A DNA stretch of 64,000 bases, taken from positions 544,001 through 608,000 of the forward strand of contig JBEKIW010000001.1 in NCBI GenBank assembly GCA_050011565.1, given 5' to 3'. The notes below the pieces were generated by a model. That model saw only the letters and a list, made by a program, of their open reading frames with translations, had not been told where the DNA came from and ran no database searches. Source of the stretch: Dehalococcoidia bacterium (GTDB lineage: Bacteria > Chloroflexota > Dehalococcoidia > GIF9 > UBA5629). This document shows positions 58,286-64,000 of the stretch, one piece after another. Numbering within the stretch: position 1 is the stretch's first letter; each line of letters starts with the position of its first letter. Both the position numbers and the translations under genes were made by a program.

Positions 58286-59155
58286 TCATCCCGAATGGCC
58301 TTTACGTGTCATGTAGTCCTTGAGCGCTTCCTGCCAACTCCTCATGTCAGCCATACCTAATAGCCTGAGTTGATAGTTATCCAGGGCTGAATTGTTGGGT
58401 CGCCTGGCTTTTTGAGGATATTCAGCCGACGTGATGGGTGTTATAGGAGTCTTCAGGCGTGCCAGCTTTAATACTTCTACGGCAAACTGATACCAGGAGC
58501 AGGTACCACTATTGGTTATATGGAAAATCCCGTAGTACTCGGTGGCTATAAGCTGAACTATCTTACTGGCTAAATCCGGTGTATAAGTGGGGGAAAAGAC
58601 CTGGTCATTTACCACCCTCAGCTCATCACGCTCTTTAGCCAGCTTGATTATAGTCTCAATGAAATTACCACCCTTACCCATGGCGCCAGCTATGCCGAAA
58701 AGTGATGAAGTCCTGACTATAAAATATCTGGTACAAAGATGCTGGACAAGGTTTTCACCAGCGAGCTTGGATTTACCATAAAGATTTAAGGGGATTGGTA
58801 CGTCAAATTCAGTATAGGGAGACCTCTTAGGCTCAGGCTCACCACCGAAGACATAGTCTGTGCTGATATGGACGAGTTTGGCTTCTAATTCCTGCGCTAC
58901 AACGGCTATATTTCTGGCTCCAAGGGCGTTTACCATAAAGGCTTTATCTTGCTCGGCCTCACAATCGTCAACACGGACAAAAGCAGCCGTGTTTACTATC
59001 GCATCTGGCTTATATTTATGCAAAGCTTTTCTAACAGAGTCCATGCTGGTAATTTCGATATCATTCTGAGTGAGTGGTACAACCTCAAAGTCATTCAGAG
59101 CCTGACATAAATCTGTGCCTAGCTGCCCATCGGCACCGGTAATCACGACTTTCAT
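58286..59155 (-). CDS. rfbD: dTDP-4-dehydrorhamnose reductase
   Basis: TGADGQLG, VDDCE, HISTDYVF, YGKSKLAGE, VVNDQ..SPT, ARRP. Confidence 0.96.
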   Translation of the reverse strand: MKVVITGADGQLGTDLCQALNDFEVVPLTQNDIEITSMDSVRKALHKYKPDAIVNTAAFVRVDDCEAEQDKAFMVNALGARNIAVVAQELEAKLVHISTDYVFGGEPEPKRSPYTEFDVPIPLNLYGKSKLAGENLVQHLCTRYFIVRTSSLFGIAGAMGKGGNFIETIIKLAKERDELRVVNDQVFSPTYTPDLASKIVQLIATEYYGIFHITNSGTCSWYQFAVEVLKLARLKTPITPITSAEYPQKARRPNNSALDNYQLRLLGMADMRSWQEALKDYMTRKGHSG

Positions 59156-60156
59156 CTATGGAGATACATCCTCTCATAGTATTTGGCATACTCACCGCTT
59201 TTGATCTGGCGCCACCAGGGTTCATGGCTCATATACCAGTTGACCGTATGCTTTAATGCTTCTTCGAAGGCATGTGAGGGACTCCATCCGAGCTCACGAG
59301 TTATCTTGGAGATGTCCAAGGCGTAGCGACGGTCATGGCCGGGACGGTCCTTAACAAAGGTGATCAGCTCTCCAGGTTTACCCATTACGTTCAGTAGACT
59401 GTGGATTAGTTCCAGGTTTGTTTTCTCTTGATTGGCAGCTATATTATATATCTGGCCGGGCTCGCCTTTCAGAATGACCGATTCCAAAGCTCGGCAGTGG
59501 TCCTCAACGTAAATCCAGTCACGGACGTTCAGACCATCGCCATAGATAGGAATTGATTTGTCTTCTAAAACATTGGTGATGGCCAGGGGGATTAGCTTTT
59601 CGGGAAACTGATACGGCCCAAAATTATTGGAGCAGCGGGTGATAATTACTGGAACCCCATAAGTATGGTAATAGGCAAGACATAGAAGGTCAGCGGCTGC
59701 TTTGCTGGCTGAATACGGACTTCTGGGGGATAGAGGTGATTCCTCTGTAAAGCTGCCGCTTTCTATAGAGCCGTAAACCTCGTCTGTCGATACCTGGATA
59801 AATTTTTTTATGCCATACTGCTTGCTACCTTCAAGCAATACCTGTGTTCCCTTGATGTTGGTCTCGATAAACGGCCGGGCGTCCATGATACTGCGGTCAA
59901 CATGAGATTCGGCAGCAAAGTTAACTACGATTTCGAATTTATTTCCGAGGAGTTCGTTGACTAGTTTTCTGTCAGCGATGTCGCCTTTGATAAAATGATA
60001 GCCAGGCTGGTTTTCAACAGCACTCAGATTTTCTAGGTTGCCAGCATAAGTAAGCTTATCCAGAGTTGTTACTTGCCAATCCGGATGTTGTTGAAGAATA
60101 CAATAGATGAAATTGCTGCCGATAAAGCCGGCACCACCGGTTACAAGCAGTCTCAT
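59152..60156 (-). CDS. rfbB: dTDP-glucose 4,6-dehydratase
   Basis: LVTGGAGFIGSNF, DKLTYAGN, AAESHVDRS, STDEVYGS, SPYSASK, DRPGHDRRY. ATG at 60156 preferred. Confidence 0.97.
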   Translation of the reverse strand: MRLLVTGGAGFIGSNFIYCILQQHPDWQVTTLDKLTYAGNLENLSAVENQPGYHFIKGDIADRKLVNELLGNKFEIVVNFAAESHVDRSIMDARPFIETNIKGTQVLLEGSKQYGIKKFIQVSTDEVYGSIESGSFTEESPLSPRSPYSASKAAADLLCLAYYHTYGVPVIITRCSNNFGPYQFPEKLIPLAITNVLEDKSIPIYGDGLNVRDWIYVEDHCRALESVILKGEPGQIYNIAANQEKTNLELIHSLLNVMGKPGELITFVKDRPGHDRRYALDISKITRELGWSPSHAFEEALKHTVNWYMSHEPWWRQIKSGEYAKYYERMYLHR

Positions 60157-60169
60157 CTCCCAGTCCTTA

Positions 60170-61237
60170 TCATAGCTCGAATTTGGTGTTATCTCCAGCA
60201 AACAATTTTATAGTCCGGAACTGGCCCTCTGATTTGCTAACCTCAACCTCTCTACCTAGCAGGCTGTCTCCAAGCCGCTCAATGCGGCAAATATGACAAT
60301 CTTCTAGAATCACCGAATGCTCTATGGATGAGTCTTCGACCTTTGTCCCGGCACCTATACTGGTGAACGGCCCAATCAAGGAGTTCCTGATATAACATTT
60401 TTCAGCAATAGCTACGGGGCCGCGTATAATACTATTTTCCACCTTGGTTCCTTCTCTAATCTCGACTCTGCCGACCACCTGACTTTTAGAGTCGACCTCT
60501 CCCTCTATGCTGCGCTGAATCAAATCATCAAGCACCACCCGATTGGCTTCAAGCAGGTCGTCTTTTTTCCCTGTGTCAAGCCACCAACCTTTGAGGATAT
60601 GGCTGCGAACATCTTTACCAATATCGAATAGTTTCTGAATAGCATCGGTTATTTCAAGCTCGCCTCGCGAGGAAGGCTTTATCTGGTCTATTACCAGATG
60701 TATCTCAGGGGTAAAGAGGTAAACCCCCACCAGGGCCAGGTTGCTTTTTGGCTCTTTGGGTTTCTCGACCAGACGGACTATCTTCCCTGACTTGTCGAGC
60801 TCGGCAACACCGAAAAGACGGGGGTCTGCAACTTCTTTCAACAGGACAAGGGCATCAGGTTTGTATTTAAGGAACTCATCGACAAAATTCTTAACACCGC
60901 CGTGAATCAAGTTATCTCCCAGGAACATTAGGAACGGAGAATCACCGAGGAAATTCTTAGCCGTTTTAACTGCATGTGCCAGACCCAGAGGCTCATTCTG
61001 CAAAATATAGGTGATTTGGGCATTCCACCGGGAGCTATCTCTTATAGCTTGTTTAATATATTGGCCAGTTTCCGGGGAGATAATAATACCGATGTCGGTG
61101 ATACCGGCTTCCGTGATCTGGTCAAGGACGTAAAACAAAATGGGCTTATTGGCTACAGGAAGAAGCTGTTTAGCCGTCGTATTGGTTAAGGGTTTCAGTC
61201 TGGTGCCTTTACCACCGGATAACACCAATGCTTTCAT
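60170..61237 (-). CDS. rfbA: Glucose-1-phosphate thymidylyltransferase (long form)
   Basis: [39 protein letters not shown]; C-terminal LbH. Confidence 0.95.
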   Translation of the reverse strand: MKALVLSGGKGTRLKPLTNTTAKQLLPVANKPILFYVLDQITEAGITDIGIIISPETGQYIKQAIRDSSRWNAQITYILQNEPLGLAHAVKTAKNFLGDSPFLMFLGDNLIHGGVKNFVDEFLKYKPDALVLLKEVADPRLFGVAELDKSGKIVRLVEKPKEPKSNLALVGVYLFTPEIHLVIDQIKPSSRGELEITDAIQKLFDIGKDVRSHILKGWWLDTGKKDDLLEANRVVLDDLIQRSIEGEVDSKSQVVGRVEIREGTKVENSIIRGPVAIAEKCYIRNSLIGPFTSIGAGTKVEDSSIEHSVILEDCHICRIERLGDSLLGREVEVSKSEGQFRTIKLFAGDNTKFEL

Positions 61238-61349
61238 AGGATTTTTACCAAAACCATAAACTGTGAATTAATTCTACATGAAGATATATGATCAGTCTAC
61301 TTTTCTAAACGTCCCGTTTTTAGAAAACTACCATAGCCGCACTCCCCGG

Positions 61350-64000
61350 TTACGGTGTAACGCTTCCGGTGGAAGACCAGCCACTCCACCCTCCAGTATT
61401 ACCAGCCTTTACTCGCCAGTAATAGGTTGTGCCGATGGTAAGTTTCACATCCTGCGAAGTAGTGCTTACCTCGGCATCAAACATGCTGGTCCCGGTGAAA
61501 TCAGACGCGGTATTCACCTGCAGGCGGTACTTCGTCGCCCCGCTGGAGGCATTCCACTCAAAAGTGACAGAGGTCTTCGGAGTTACAATAGCCGGAGGGG
61601 CCGGCGGTGCAGGTAATGTGATGGCAGCCCAGCCAGCGATAAAATAGGTATAACCTGTTTGGGTATTCCAGCCTGAGCCTGCCGGGTCCGGGAATGTCCA
61701 GGAGGAGTAGGTTGAAGGTTTCCAGCGGACGGTTGCGGATGGGTCGCTAGAGTAGTAAATGTTGGCGGAATCGCCCACCACCGCCAGCCAGTAATATGTG
61801 CCGGAATTGACGGATGTAGAAGTGATTGGTATAGAAGTCCAGGCTCCCGCCGAAACCGGTGTGGAGGTGTTAACGGCGTTGCGCAGGGCACCTGGGCTGC
61901 CTGCGCTATCGTCATAGATGGCGACCTTTACGTTGCCGCTGGCGCTGGCCTTAACCCTAAATTCGGTGATGGGACCTGTGGCGCTGGCGGGGAAACGCTG
62001 CAGTATGACGGCGCCACTGCCGCCGCCACCACCTCCGGTAGAGGCGGCATCGGCGGCTACGCCGATGAGCTGCCCTGCTCCTCCAGCCGCAGTGTTAAAG
62101 GTTGCGCTGCTATCTGGCCAGTCGCTTCCGCCTGAATTGGAGGCGAAGCACCGGTAATAATATGTAGTGCCACGATTCAAGTCGGTTATTCCTGTGGAGA
62201 AAGATGCGCTTTGTGTACCCAGGTTAACACTGTGGTCCCAGCTAACCGCGTTTGTTGCGCCGTCATTGTCGCCCCAGTAGACAATAACAGTTGGATTCTC
62301 ACCACCGGTATCGGTTATGGCTCCATTTAACCTGGCTGAGGTTGCGGTAATACTGCCGGCGCCGGTGGAGTTGGTAACCGTTGGTGCACCAAGAGCCGGG
62401 GTAGCCGGGGTCATGAAGCTATCACTGCTACCTACCCAGTTGCTTCCGCCTGAATTGGAGGCGAAGCACTGATAATAATATGTAGTTGAAGGAGTCAATC
62501 CAGTTATAGGTGTGGAGAAAGTTCCGGCGACTTGGGTACCCAGGTTGACGCTATGGTCCCAACTGGTGTAGGTTGTGTGGCCATCGCTGGCACCCCAGTA
62601 GACAATAACGGTTGGATTCTCACCGCCGGTAGCAGTTATGGCTCCATTTAACGTGGCTGAGACTGGGGTAAGATTGCTTTCGCCGGTGGAATTGGTAACC
62701 GTTGGTGCGCTGGGAATAACAGTAGACCAGCCGGCGATAAAGTAGGTATAACCTGTTTGGGCACTCCAGCCTGAGCCCGCCGGGTCGGGGTATGTCCAGG
62801 AGGAGTAGGTAGCGGATTTATAGCGGACGGTTGCGGATGGGTCGCTGGAGTAGTAAATGTTGGCGGAATCGCTGACCACCGCCAGCCAGTAATAGTTACC
62901 GGAGGTGACGGAGGTAGAGTTGATTGGTATAGAAGTCCAGGCTCCCGCCGAAACCGGTGTGGAGGTGTTAACGGCGTTGCGCAGGGCACCTGGGCTGCCT
63001 GCGCTATCGTCATAGATGGCGACCTTTACGTTGCCGCTGGCGCTGGCCTTAACCCTAAATTCGGTGATGGGACCTGTGGCGCTGGCGGGGAAACGCTGCA
63101 GTATGACGGCGCCACTGCCGCCGCCACCACCTCCGGTAGAGGCGGCATCGGCGGCTACGCCGATTAGCTTCTGACCCGCACCGGCTGGATTGCTTATGAT
63201 GAGGGAGAAGTCTTTGTTACCCGATTGCAGGCCGGATACTACACGGACATTGAAATTGAAGGTGCGGGCCTCTGTTGGTATGCCCGTGATTGTACCACTG
63301 GTAGAATCGAGATTAAGATCAGCTGGCCAGTCGCCAGTATGTGACCACGCATTGCCTCCAGAGCCGCCGGTAGCCTGAAGTGTCACCGGTCCGTAGGGCA
63401 TATTTTTAGTCCCACCGGGAAGAGGCGCGGTATTGGTAATAACAATAGTGCCACTGGAGACAATAAGCGTGAAATTCTGGTAAGTCGCCTGGGTGCCGTC
63501 GTTGGCCTGAAGGGCAAAATTGAACCCGCTCATATTGACCACTGTCGGCGTTCCGGTTAAATTGCTGCCAACAATATGGAGTCCGCCAGGCAATGACCCC
63601 GAATACAGCGACCAGGTATATGAGCCGGTGCCGCCGCTGGCGGATAGAGGTCCAGGATAATAGACGCCGGTAGTGCCGTCGGGCAAGGTTGTAGTAGTAA
63701 TCCCAATTTGGCCCCCCACCGGCGGAGTCCCGGTATATGCTGAAACCAGCCAGGGCTGGAAATTAATGAAGGTCGAAGTCGAAACACTATCGCCAAAGCT
63801 CAGGCCATCATAACTTGGTCCCGAGGCATGCCCCCAGTAGTTGAACTTGGCATTAAGTGTGCCCGTACCAGTATTGGAGACACCATAGCTGGTATTCCCT
63901 GCAATGTTATTATTGCTCACTGTCAGAGTAGTAGCATCAACTCCGGTTGCAACATCAATACCAATACTGTTACTGGAAACATTGTTACCTGTCAATGTAG
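61350..64000 (-). CDS. Large modular surface protein, C-terminal part (end of beta-helix, two He_PIG Ig domains, two repeat modules, FN3-like domains); 5' end outside window
   Basis: NNI.GN...NAKFNYWG...GP beta-helix end; LP.G..G..Y..L.ASGG.G...W Ig repeats; same modules as 55467-58115; frame open at window edge. Confidence 0.8.
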   Translation of the reverse strand, partial: TLTGNNVSSNSIGIDVATGVDATTLTVSNNNIAGNTSYGVSNTGTGTLNAKFNYWGHASGPSYDGLSFGDSVSTSTFINFQPWLVSAYTGTPPVGGQIGITTTTLPDGTTGVYYPGPLSASGGTGSYTWSLYSGSLPGGLHIVGSNLTGTPTVVNMSGFNFALQANDGTQATYQNFTLIVSSGTIVITNTAPLPGGTKNMPYGPVTLQATGGSGGNAWSHTGDWPADLNLDSTSGTITGIPTEARTFNFNVRVVSGLQSGNKDFSLIISNPAGAGQKLIGVAADAASTGGGGGGSGAVILQRFPASATGPITEFRVKASASGNVKVAIYDDSAGSPGALRNAVNTSTPVSAGAWTSIPINSTSVTSGNYYWLAVVSDSANIYYSSDPSATVRYKSATYSSWTYPDPAGSGWSAQTGYTYFIAGWSTVIPSAPTVTNSTGESNLTPVSATLNGAITATGGENPTVIVYWGASDGHTTYTSWDHSVNLGTQVAGTFSTPITGLTPSTTYYYQCFASNSGGSNWVGSSDSFMTPATPALGAPTVTNSTGAGSITATSARLNGAITDTGGENPTVIVYWGDNDGATNAVSWDHSVNLGTQSASFSTGITDLNRGTTYYYRCFASNSGGSDWPDSSATFNTAAGGAGQLIGVAADAASTGGGGGGSGAVILQRFPASATGPITEFRVKASASGNVKVAIYDDSAGSPGALRNAVNTSTPVSAGAWTSIPITSTSVNSGTYYWLAVVGDSANIYYSSDPSATVRWKPSTYSSWTFPDPAGSGWNTQTGYTYFIAGWAAITLPAPPAPPAIVTPKTSVTFEWNASSGATKYRLQVNTASDFTGTSMFDAEVSTTSQDVKLTIGTTYYWRVKAGNTGGWSGWSSTGSVTP
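61823..63164. repeat. Intragenic direct repeat, 244 bp identical (61823-62066 and 62921-63164)
   Basis: Base-by-base reading found no difference; offset 1098 bp (366 codons). Confidence 0.9.

Noticed and set aside
55467-63200. Repeat pairs as template/variable regions of a diversity-generating retroelement
   Set aside because: No reverse transcriptase in the window, all copies are in-frame coding modules, and the differences are not adenine-specific.
1-64000. Numerous short antisense or overlapping ORFs in the track (e.g. 3023-3580, 26943-27542, 27842-28339)
   Set aside because: They lie inside well-supported genes, have no recognisable motifs, and look like shadow frames.

Overview
This 64 kb window is bacterial chromosomal DNA. 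Gene content and order suggest an anaerobic Chloroflexota/Dehalococcoidia-like organism (inference). Left part (1-15 kb): AI-2E permease, uvrA, an Ig-domain membrane protein, an alkyl-sulfatase/SulP pair, a nitroreductase, and a DsbA/FrnE-like gene whose first catalytic Cys is an in-frame TGA followed by a SECIS-like hairpin, i.e. a probable selenoprotein truncated by the ORF track. Middle (15-32 kb): a cobalamin-riboswitch-controlled corrinoid salvage operon (btuF-radical SAM-btuCD-cbiB-cobD-cobQ-cobO-cobT-cobS-DUF71-cobU) that has two unexplained enzymes and lacks cobC and cbiZ; then folD-fhs, an acyl-CoA ligase alpha-type gene, DUF2905 and queA. Right part (32-64 kb): a ~32 kb surface-glycan locus with glmS, dehydratases, nine intact glycosyltransferases, six methyltransferases, a flippase, rfbABDC and an archaeal-type DUF2206 polytopic protein. 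It is interleaved with two large modular surface proteins that share near-identical internal repeats. No rRNA, tRNA, CRISPR array or transposase was recognised.
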